A DNA stretch of 28,738 nucleotides from Pyrinomonadaceae bacterium. GTDB taxonomy: Bacteria; Acidobacteriota; Blastocatellia; Pyrinomonadales; Pyrinomonadaceae. Both the position numbers and the translations under genes were made by a program. How positions within the stretch are numbered: position 1 is the stretch's first letter; each line of letters opens with the position of its first letter. Location: the NCBI GenBank assembly GCA_050999015.1, contig JBPCPQ010000291.1, positions 1 to 28,738 on the forward strand, written 5' to 3'. The notes beneath the pieces were generated by a model. That model saw only the letters and a list, made by a program, of their open reading frames with translations, was not told the origin of the DNA and did no database searches. Positions 8,907-16,088 of the stretch are shown here, piece by piece.

Positions 8907-9677
8907 ATGTCGAGATTGATTAAATTAACGGCGCTCGGCGTTTTGGCGCTCGTCACTTTATGGATTGTTTATGAGGTAGCGACGTTCCCGCGCGTCGCAC
9001 CCCTGCGTGATAAGAATCCTGAGACGACCGCGCTGATTGAGACCCGCATCGAAGAGGCGCGGCGTGCGGGCAGGAATCCGAGGCGCGTGCAGGGGTGGGT
9101 TCCGCTCGAAAGAATTTCCCCGCACCTGCAACGCGCGGTGCTCGCCGGCGAAGATGCGAACTTCACGACGCACAACGGTTTTGATTACGAAGCTTTACAG
9201 AAGGCGTGGGACGAGGCCGAGCGCGAAGCAGCGAAGGAGGCGAAGGAAGAAGGTGATACAGATCCGCCGAGTTGGATGGCGACGATGAACAATCTCAAGC
9301 GCGGCGCGTCAACAATCACGCAACAACTGGCAAAAAATCTCTATCTGACGACCGAACGCTCCTTCGTGCGGAAAGCGCGCGAAGCCGTCCTCACATATTT
9401 CCTCGAACGCTCGCTATCGAAGCGCCGCATCCTTGAGATTTACCTGAACGTGATCGAATGGGGAGACGGTGTTTACGGAGCGGAAGCGGCGGCGCGGACT
9501 TACTTCAACAAATCGGCGGCGCAATTGAGCGAGCGCGAAGCGGCTTTTCTGTCCGCGATGATTCCCAACCCGCGTACCGTCTTCAACCCCAAACAGAATC
9601 CCCGCCGCGTTGCCCGGCGGCAGCGAATCATCCTGCGCGGCGTGCCTTACGTGAAGCTTCCGGCAGGCACGAATTAG
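8907..9677 (+). CDS. mtgA: Monofunctional biosynthetic peptidoglycan transglycosylase
   Basis: N-terminal TM, WVPLERISPHLQRAVLAGEDANF, RGASTITQQLAKNLYL, RKAREA and RRILEIYLNVIEWGDGVYGAEAAA (GT51 motifs); no transpeptidase domain. Confidence 0.9.
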   Translation: MSRLIKLTALGVLALVTLWIVYEVATFPRVAPLRDKNPETTALIETRIEEARRAGRNPRRVQGWVPLERISPHLQRAVLAGEDANFTTHNGFDYEALQKAWDEAEREAAKEAKEEGDTDPPSWMATMNNLKRGASTITQQLAKNLYLTTERSFVRKAREAVLTYFLERSLSKRRILEIYLNVIEWGDGVYGAEAAARTYFNKSAAQLSEREAAFLSAMIPNPRTVFNPKQNPRRVARRQRIILRGVPYVKLPAGTN

Positions 9678-9683
9678 CCCTCG

Positions 9684-9796
9684 TAGGACTTACGCAAAAG
9701 AAGTTTAGAGTTACGCCTTGAGGCGTGAAGTGCCCACAGCAAAACCACACCTCAAGGCGTAACTCTAAACCTTTCCCTCCTTCTGCGTAAGTTATA
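9684..9796. mobile_element. MITE/REPIN-like non-autonomous element (nested inverted repeats)
   Basis: Outer arms TAGGACTTACGCA (9684-9696) and TGCGTAAGTTATA (9784-9796) are 11/13 complementary and both end in TA. Inner arms 9703-9727 and 9746-9770 are 24/25 complementary. The left inner arm contains the palindrome ACGCCT-TG-AGGCGT. Confidence 0.6.
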
Positions 9797-9816
9797 CCTC
9801 ACGTGCACGGCGGGTG

Positions 9817-9862
9817 AAAAAAGAAAGATGCCGCCGTATATTTGGCGGCATCTTTCATTTTT
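9817..9862. terminator. Bidirectional intrinsic terminator between mtgA and the pil operon
   Basis: 13-bp stem GAAAGATGCCGCC/GGCGGCATCTTTC flanked by A6 on the left and ATTTTT on the right, between convergent genes. Confidence 0.85.
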
Positions 9863-9888
9863 CGCGCGGTGAAACGCACCGAAGCTTT

Positions 9889-10254
9889 TCAGACCGCAAA
9901 CTCCCTCGCAAGATCGAGTTCGGCTTTGCGCAACTCAAACCTGCCACGCCCGATGTTGCTCTCGGCTTTGAGCGCGAGGATGACGAAGTAATCGCGCGTG
10001 AAGAGGCGCGCGATGATCGTCATCGTGTCGAAGGTGATGACTAATTCGCGCAAACCGCCGAGGCCGATGTCGTGACCCGCGCGCTGTGCGTTGCGCACGA
10101 GCGAGGTGACTTCGGCGGCGGCAACATCCATGTTGGCGTCGCTTCCTTCGGGCAGCAAAGCCTTTTCGACGGCGATACCGTCGGTGCCCATGATAAGCGC
10201 CCCAAGCGATCCCTCGGTTCGCTCAACAATTCGTTCGAGTGCTTCTTTGAACAT
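9889..10254 (-). CDS. Roadblock/LC7 domain protein, MglC-like
   Basis: 121 aa. LERIVERTEGSLGALIMGTDGIAV and RDYFVILALKAESNIGRGRFELRK match the pattern I recall for Myxococcus MglC. Position directly downstream of pilQ is also MglC-like. Confidence 0.82.
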   Translation of the reverse strand: MFKEALERIVERTEGSLGALIMGTDGIAVEKALLPEGSDANMDVAAAEVTSLVRNAQRAGHDIGLGGLRELVITFDTMTIIARLFTRDYFVILALKAESNIGRGRFELRKAELDLAREFAV

Positions 10255-10305
10255 TATTCGTCGGTGCCTCCTCCTTCGGTCTTAGGGACTCGCGCCGGGA
10301 GTTGC

Positions 10306-12147
10306 TTAGGGACGCGCCGCCGGTTGCGAGGTCAGCGGCTGCTCGTTCGTGAACGGCACGCTTTGCAACTGCGGCGACAGCGGCTGGACGCTGGACTGCG
10401 GGGTCGGCGTCGGGGTGTTGGTTTCGGGGTTGCCGAGCGGCACCGGCTGCGGAATCGTGACGATGCGCGTGCTCGTCCCGACAGTGCCCGCCATCGGGCG
10501 TCCGTGGTAGTCGGAGCGGTAAATGCGCGGCGTGATGAAGAACAGAATTTCGTCGGTGTTGCGTGTCGTCGCACGACGCTTAAAGAGATTGCCGAGCAGC
10601 GGCACGCTGGCAAGGCCAGGCGTCCGGTTCTGCGTTTCGCCTTCGATGTCAATCAGCGAGCCGCCGATCACGGTCGTACCGCCGTCGGGCACCAGCACTT
10701 CGGTTTGCATGCGCTGCGTGTTGATGCCGGGCGTGCCGAGAGAGTTCGCAAGGTCGGTGCGGACGTTGTTGTTCTCCGCCGAGACGCGAAGCACAACCGT
10801 GCCGGCGTCCGTAATCTGCGGCGTCACGGCCAGACGGAGCGGAACGGAAACGAATGTCGTCGTGAACACCGCCGCGCCACCGCCCGCGCCCTGCGGCGTG
10901 ACGACCGGAATCTGTGTGCCGGCCTCGATTTGCGCCGTGCGGTTGTTCAGAGTGGAGACGCGCGGGCTGGCAATCGTCTTCGCCTGCCCTCTGGCTTCGC
11001 CGGCTGTAATCAACGCGCTGATCTGCGCGGTGCCGATAAGGCCGGTCGTCAGGCCGATGACGGTGTTCCGCGCGGTCGCGCCGAGCGAACCGACGGGCTG
11101 CGCCGAGTCTGCCAAACCGCCGGGGATGCCGAAGGGACTGGGGCCGCTGGTTATGTCCCCGATACCCGGCAGCGTGCTGAAAGAGCCGAGGCCGCCGCGC
11201 TGGGCGTTGATCGCCACCGCGCTGAGTTGCACGCCGAGGTCGCGACTGAAGTTGCGGCTGGCGATGACGATGCGCGTTTCAATTTCGACCTGCGGCTCGG
11301 GTTGATCGAGCAGCATCACGAGTTGGCGGATGGCATCAATGTTTTCTCGCACGTCGGTGACGATCAGCGTGTTGCTGCGCCCATCAATTTCGATGCCGCC
11401 GCGCCGTGACAAACGGCGCTTGATGATTGCGAGAATTCCCTGCTCGCTTCCTCCACCTGCCCCGCCCGAAAAACTCTGGCCCGTCGCACCTCCTGAGAAG
11501 CCGCCGCTCGAGCCGGCGACTTGTTCGAGCGTGCCGCTCGCGCGTGCGTAGTTGAGGCGAATGAATTCCGTGACGAGGGGAGAATTGTTCAGCCGCGCGT
11601 CTTTGATTGTCGCCTGCACAGCGGCCTCGCCGGCGATGACGTCGTTAGTGGCGACGCGCAGGATATTGCCGGTCACGTCAATACCCAGCCGGTTGGCTTT
11701 CAGGATCGAATCGAGCGCGATGTTCCACGGCACGCCCGTCACGTTAACCGTGACCGGAACAGCGGCGACGGATTTATCAATGACGAAGTTCACGCCGTAT
11801 TGCTCGGTGATGTAATTGAGGATGTCGCGGATGTCGGCGTTGACGACGTTGAGGTCAATTGGTTCGCCGACGAATCCGGGCTGCCCGTACTGCTGCCCCT
11901 GACTCGATTGCTGTGTGGTGTTGGCGGCGGCGGTCATCCCGCCGGGGTTTTGCGGCGGGGATGGTCGTGGCGCGGTCGGTTGTTGCGCCGGAGTCTGCAC
12001 GGGTGAGCGCGCGCCGCTTTCAGTAGCAGCCGCGCCGGAGACCCCCGCTCCGACAGCGCGGGCGGATATGGCGAGCACGCACACGAGTGAGAGGACGAGC
12101 GCGCCTCTGAGCGTGTGTGCGTGTGGGAAGTTTGAATGGAAGGTCAT
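10306..12147 (-). CDS. pilQ: Type IVa pilus secretin PilQ
   Basis: Signal peptide, N0/STN domain (GEPIDLNVVNADIRDIL...VPWNIALDSIL), N-domain (IDGRSNTLIVTD), secretin core (PQVEIETRIV, SPRVSTLNNRTAQIEAG, VLVPDGGTTVIGG, PGLASVPLLGNLFK, EILFFITPRI). Start set at ATG 12147, behind AAAGGA. Confidence 0.92.
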   Translation of the reverse strand: MTFHSNFPHAHTLRGALVLSLVCVLAISARAVGAGVSGAAATESGARSPVQTPAQQPTAPRPSPPQNPGGMTAAANTTQQSSQGQQYGQPGFVGEPIDLNVVNADIRDILNYITEQYGVNFVIDKSVAAVPVTVNVTGVPWNIALDSILKANRLGIDVTGNILRVATNDVIAGEAAVQATIKDARLNNSPLVTEFIRLNYARASGTLEQVAGSSGGFSGGATGQSFSGGAGGGSEQGILAIIKRRLSRRGGIEIDGRSNTLIVTDVRENIDAIRQLVMLLDQPEPQVEIETRIVIASRNFSRDLGVQLSAVAINAQRGGLGSFSTLPGIGDITSGPSPFGIPGGLADSAQPVGSLGATARNTVIGLTTGLIGTAQISALITAGEARGQAKTIASPRVSTLNNRTAQIEAGTQIPVVTPQGAGGGAAVFTTTFVSVPLRLAVTPQITDAGTVVLRVSAENNNVRTDLANSLGTPGINTQRMQTEVLVPDGGTTVIGGSLIDIEGETQNRTPGLASVPLLGNLFKRRATTRNTDEILFFITPRIYRSDYHGRPMAGTVGTSTRIVTIPQPVPLGNPETNTPTPTPQSSVQPLSPQLQSVPFTNEQPLTSQPAARP

Positions 12148-12408
12148 GATTTTATCCTTTAGAGATGAGCCGGCTGAAAGAGTTCGCCACGCGCTAACGC
12201 TCGTTCGGAAACTCTCGTGAGTCCTTAAAAGCGCGCGCCGCACAACGCGAAGCCGTCCGGCCATGTTGGCAAATGACTCGTGCGCGTTCGTCGGGTCGCA
12301 CTCCGGTGCGCCGAAGCGCCGCCGGCACGGCGCGCACGCTGGGAAAAACAATCCGGCGCACAGACAGGCTCAGGCTTCCGGCCCGTGCGCTCGACTCGAT
12401 TCTTGAAG

Positions 12409-13041
12409 TTATTGGTTGTCGGACACCGAAGCATTCGGCTGTTTTCGATTGCCGCCCGCTTCAGCCGAGGGTGGGTTAGGGGAGGAAGCCCGCGTCGTGG
12501 TCATCGAGTCAACGACCGCGTTGGGTTCTCGCAGAAGCTTATTTTCAACACTCACTTGACGCTTGCCGTCGCTTAATTTCGTTTCGCGGCGGAAGACGAG
12601 GCGGTTATCTTCCACCGCGACGAGGTGCCCGTCGAAGAACGGTTCGCCGGGGTAAACCACGTAGGAGAGCTTGATCGGCGTCGCCTCAACCATCGCCGCG
12701 AGTCCGCGCGGCGTGCGGAAAATTCCTGTCACCTGAACTTCGCCAATCAGCATCGCGGTGGTCGGCTTCGGCGCGGGCTGCTGCAAATTCATTGCGGCGG
12801 CTTTCTGCGCTTTGTAGCGCGCGATGCGCTCCTGAATTGAAGGCACGTCGAGCGCCGTCACCCCTTTCCGTACAACCTTTCGCCTGACCGGAGCCTTGTA
12901 TCTTACAAACGGGTCGCGCCCCGATCCCCGGTAGGAAGTGCTCGCTTCCTGCGCCGAAGCGATTGAACCCATCAGCGAGATTGCGCCGAAGGCGACGAGG
13001 CTGACAATTGTTTTACCTTTCATAAGTGTGTGGCTCTTCAT
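12409..13041 (-). CDS. pilP: PilP-like type IV pilus assembly protein
   Basis: Sits between pilO and pilQ. YRGSGRDPF motif and a C-terminal beta domain (VQVTGIFRTPRGLAAMV...YVVYPGEPFFDGHLVAVE). No lipobox Cys. Confidence 0.7.
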   Translation of the reverse strand: MKSHTLMKGKTIVSLVAFGAISLMGSIASAQEASTSYRGSGRDPFVRYKAPVRRKVVRKGVTALDVPSIQERIARYKAQKAAAMNLQQPAPKPTTAMLIGEVQVTGIFRTPRGLAAMVEATPIKLSYVVYPGEPFFDGHLVAVEDNRLVFRRETKLSDGKRQVSVENKLLREPNAVVDSMTTTRASSPNPPSAEAGGNRKQPNASVSDNQ

Positions 13042-13099
13042 ATTTCGTTCCCAGTCCGCTTCGATATGAGCGCCGATGGCGCGTTTCGAAGACAGGTTT

Positions 13100-13756
13100 T
13101 CATTTGGCTGGTGCGGGCGGTTTCGCCGCCCCGTTCGCGGGAGTCGCGGCGGGCTTCGCCGTTGCAGTCGCGGTGCTTTGAAGTTTTTCCGGTGAAACGT
13201 AATAAGCTGTTAGCAGAAACTGCGCGTCAATCGTCTTTCCGCCCCCTTGTTCTTTCACCTGCGCGACCTTGAAGTCAGTGATCGAAACAATCCGCTGGTA
13301 GGCGGCCATCTGCGCGTAGAACGCGCCAAGGTTATTGTACGTCCCCGTGACTTCGACTTCGATTGGCTTGCCAGTATAGAAGTCCTGTTGCACGTCGTCT
13401 TTCGGGGAGAAGCGGCGCACCGACAGGCGACCCCGCGCGCGCTCCTGAACGCCCTGTAGAACGGTCGTCAACTCGCGCTGTTCCGGCAACAGCGCCTTCA
13501 GGTCATCGTAGTCGGCCTGCGCCCGCTCGTAAGAGACCTTAAATTCGTTAAGGCGTTGCGAAGCGATCTGCGCGCGCGCGTTGCCCTGCCGTAGCGTCGC
13601 AACCTTTTCTTCAAGCTCGCGCGTCTCCGCCCGCGTACCGCTCGTCATGAAATACCAAAACCCTCCGTAGAGCGCGAGGGCCACGGTGCCGAAGATGACG
13701 AATTGAAGATACCAGGGTTTGTCTTGCAGGGTTTCTAATTTAAACATCGTGTGCAT
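13100..13756 (-). CDS. pilO: Type IV pilus assembly protein PilO
   Basis: TM, coiled coil, LLPEQRE motif, FYTGKPIEVEVTGTYNNLGAFYAQMAAYQRIVSI ferredoxin-like core. Confidence 0.9.
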   Translation of the reverse strand: MHTMFKLETLQDKPWYLQFVIFGTVALALYGGFWYFMTSGTRAETRELEEKVATLRQGNARAQIASQRLNEFKVSYERAQADYDDLKALLPEQRELTTVLQGVQERARGRLSVRRFSPKDDVQQDFYTGKPIEVEVTGTYNNLGAFYAQMAAYQRIVSITDFKVAQVKEQGGGKTIDAQFLLTAYYVSPEKLQSTATATAKPAATPANGAAKPPAPAK

Positions 13757-13793
13757 TCCTTAGACCGCTGACTGTAAGGTGCGTCTCCGCGTT

Positions 13794-14495
13794 CTATTTC
13801 TGAGCGACTTGGTTGGCCGGGGTAGTGGCGCTGTTTGCTTGCGGAGCGGCAGCGATGTTCGAGCCGGGCGCCGTGTATTTGCACTTGACCTTGAAACTGA
13901 CGGTTTCAGGCTTCGGCGCCGACGGGTCTATCTCGATGGTCTGCCCCTTCGAGTCGGTGGTACTGACTTCGACTGTCTGTCGCATCGTCTCGATGTTGAC
14001 GTTGGAGAAGAGGCCGGAGGAAAACTCTAAGCTGCGACCGAACTGTGTCACCGCCGATTCATTGGGCGAGTGGCCTTCGATGATTAACTCTTCGTTCTTT
14101 TGCTCGATGCCGGTGAGGCGGAAATCGCCAATCGTGGGCAGCCGTTCGTTAATCGCCGAGAGCACCGCCACGGGACCCTGCTGCGCGGCCCGCAGTTTTT
14201 TGATAACGTCAATGCGCGTCTGAATGTCTTTAATTTTCTTCTCCAGTTCAGCCTGCTCTTTGTTGACGGCCTCCATCTGCACCTTAATCTGCTCTTCACG
14301 CTTTAGCTCGTCCTGCGCCGAAGCGTGCGCGGAATTCGCGCTGATCCAGTCGAACACCATTCCGAGAAACATCAGCGTGGCGACTGTTGCCGCGAGCATA
14401 ACCATGCGCGCGCGCGGATTGGCGACGCGATCCTCGACGACGGCGGCGCTCCGCGCACGGTCGGTGACGGAATCCAGTAAGTTGACTTTAATCAT
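13794..14495 (-). CDS. pilN: Type IV pilus assembly protein PilN
   Basis: N-terminal MIKVNLL (PilM-binding INLL motif), TM, coiled coil, QQGPVAVLSAINERLP and SGLFSNV. Start abuts the pilM stop. Confidence 0.9.
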   Translation of the reverse strand: MIKVNLLDSVTDRARSAAVVEDRVANPRARMVMLAATVATLMFLGMVFDWISANSAHASAQDELKREEQIKVQMEAVNKEQAELEKKIKDIQTRIDVIKKLRAAQQGPVAVLSAINERLPTIGDFRLTGIEQKNEELIIEGHSPNESAVTQFGRSLEFSSGLFSNVNIETMRQTVEVSTTDSKGQTIEIDPSAPKPETVSFKVKCKYTAPGSNIAAAPQANSATTPANQVAQK

Positions 14496-15557
14496 TTAGC
14501 CTTCCACTCCTCTCAGCGCCAGCCCGACGGCGACGGCCATCTCCGGCACGACGTCGCGCATGTAATCCGCGTCGAACCGCTTGGCGTCAACCTTGATGCG
14601 GCGGAACGGGTCGAAAGCCTCGACCGGGATTTCAAAGCGCGCTTCGAGGTAGTGCGGTAAGCCTTTGAGCTTAGCTCCTCCGCCAGAGATGAGAATTTTT
14701 TGCACCGACGCGCTGTTTTCCTCCGCCGTCGTGCGGTAAAAGTCGAAAGTCTTTTGAATTTCCAGCGCCAGCAGATCGGACACTACTTCGAGCACCGACT
14801 CGGTGTCGAACGCCTCCGCGTTGGTAGGCACCGCCCCGCCACGCTTCACGGCTTCGGCCTGTTCGTAGGTCAGCCCCAACTCCTTCTGAAGCATCGCCGT
14901 GTACTGGTTTCCGCCGACCGACACGTCGCGCGTAAACGCGCTTCGGGTGCCGCGTAGGATGTTGATGTTCATCGTCGAAGCGCCGACGTTGAGGAGGGCG
15001 ACCGTTTCATCAGGCGAAGGCTCGTAATTAATTTCGTAGCAATTCTGGAGGGCGAACGCATCAACATCAATAATCGCCGGCTGCTTGCCCGCGAGTTGGA
15101 TCACCTGCTTGAGGCTGGCGACGAAATCGCGCTTGCACGCGGCCATCAACACGTGTAACGAATCTTGCCCGGTGCCGACGATTTGGAAATCCAGACTCAC
15201 GTCCGCAATGTCGAAAGGGATGTGCTCTTCGGCGTGCCAGTCAATTGATTCTTCAAGTTCTTCCCGGCTCATCTGCGGCACGATGATGTTTTTAACGATC
15301 ACGGAACTGCCGCTCACGCCCGCCGCCACACGGTTGGTTTTTATCTGGTGGGCGCTGAACATGCCGGCAACGACACTCGACACGTCGTTCAACTCCATGA
15401 TCTGCCCGTCAACCACTGAGTCCGGTTGCAGCGCCTCGTAGCCGAGACTCGCCAGCGAGAGATTTCCCGGCTTCCCCTGCAACTCGATTGCCTTAACGGA
15501 GCTTGAGCCGATGTCTAAACCGACAAGATTTTTTTTGCCGATGCTTTTCCTGAACAT
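14496..15557 (-). CDS. pilM: Type IV pilus assembly protein PilM (actin-like ATPase fold)
   Basis: VGLDIGSSSVKAIEL, EEHIPFDIADVSLDF, IIDVDAFALQN, ALLNVGASTMNI, ILISGGGAKL and VAVGLALRG. Confidence 0.95.
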   Translation of the reverse strand: MFRKSIGKKNLVGLDIGSSSVKAIELQGKPGNLSLASLGYEALQPDSVVDGQIMELNDVSSVVAGMFSAHQIKTNRVAAGVSGSSVIVKNIIVPQMSREELEESIDWHAEEHIPFDIADVSLDFQIVGTGQDSLHVLMAACKRDFVASLKQVIQLAGKQPAIIDVDAFALQNCYEINYEPSPDETVALLNVGASTMNINILRGTRSAFTRDVSVGGNQYTAMLQKELGLTYEQAEAVKRGGAVPTNAEAFDTESVLEVVSDLLALEIQKTFDFYRTTAEENSASVQKILISGGGAKLKGLPHYLEARFEIPVEAFDPFRRIKVDAKRFDADYMRDVVPEMAVAVGLALRGVEG

Positions 15558-15761
15558 AGATTAATGTTTCCCTGCGACCCGGAAATCTCTCCGCCGCCGG
15601 AGTTGCTTGAGACGGGCGCGAACGCGGCGCACTGTGAAGAGGAACACGGCTGAGGACAATTAGCGCGTGCTCCGAGCAGAGACGTGAATGGTAGGTACAA
15701 GAAGCGGGCGGAATGAACGCGGCTCTCAAAATTACTTCTGTATGGCACGCGGCAACCGTCT

Positions 15762-15862
15762 CCCCTTCGGCAACCCGGCTGAGTCAGGTCTCAATGTATT
15801 GCTCTGACTCCCTGTAGGTTTTGCGACCCCCGCTCACGCGAGGTGTGCCTTTATCGGTTGAG
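15762..15862 (-). ncRNA. c-di-GMP-I (GEMM-I) riboswitch aptamer in the pilM leader
   Basis: Minus-strand RNA CCGAUAAAG-GC-ACA-CCUCGC-GUGA-GCGGGG-GUC-GC-AAAACCUACAGG-GAGUCAG...CUGACUC-AGCCGGGUUGCCGAA. It has a P2 with GNRA loop, the CGCAAA junction, a P3 stem and the AGCCGGGUUGCCG 3' end, matching the GEMM-I consensus. It lies in sense orientation upstream of pilM. Confidence 0.9.
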
Positions 15863-15995
15863 TCCGAATGGCGGCTGGGGTCTTTCGTCCTGCCTTATTG
15901 CCGCCGGCTGCGATTCTCTATCACTTGATTGGGTGACGCTTGAAATGGGTGACCATTAGTAAAGGCTTCTGAGCCGCTACCGATTAGCCGAGCAG

Positions 15996-16024
15996 ACTAT
16001 AAACTACTGGGAAATCATTGTCAA
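15996..16024 (-). promoter_or_regulatory. Sigma70-type promoter for the pil operon
   Basis: Minus strand TTGACA (16024-16019), 17 nt spacer, TATAGT (16001-15996). Predicted start near 15989, giving a leader of about 430 nt that includes the riboswitch. Confidence 0.8.
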
Positions 16025-16088
16025 TCATAATTTATCAATGTTTAAATGCAATGCTATTAACAACTTAACGACAGTATAGCCCTATACT

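Noticed and set aside
10072-11409. 445-aa ORF antisense to pilQ, and similar long shadow ORFs (5360-6328, 10523-11305, 8148-8759, 27092-27742)
   Set aside because: They overlap well-supported genes, are Arg/Ala-rich and have no motifs; such ORFs are expected from GC-rich codon bias.
12148-12351. 68-aa N-terminal extension of PilQ from the ORF track
   Set aside because: It is not protein-like, would bury the signal peptide, and ATG 12147 has its own AAAGGA. Treated as a non-coding leader.
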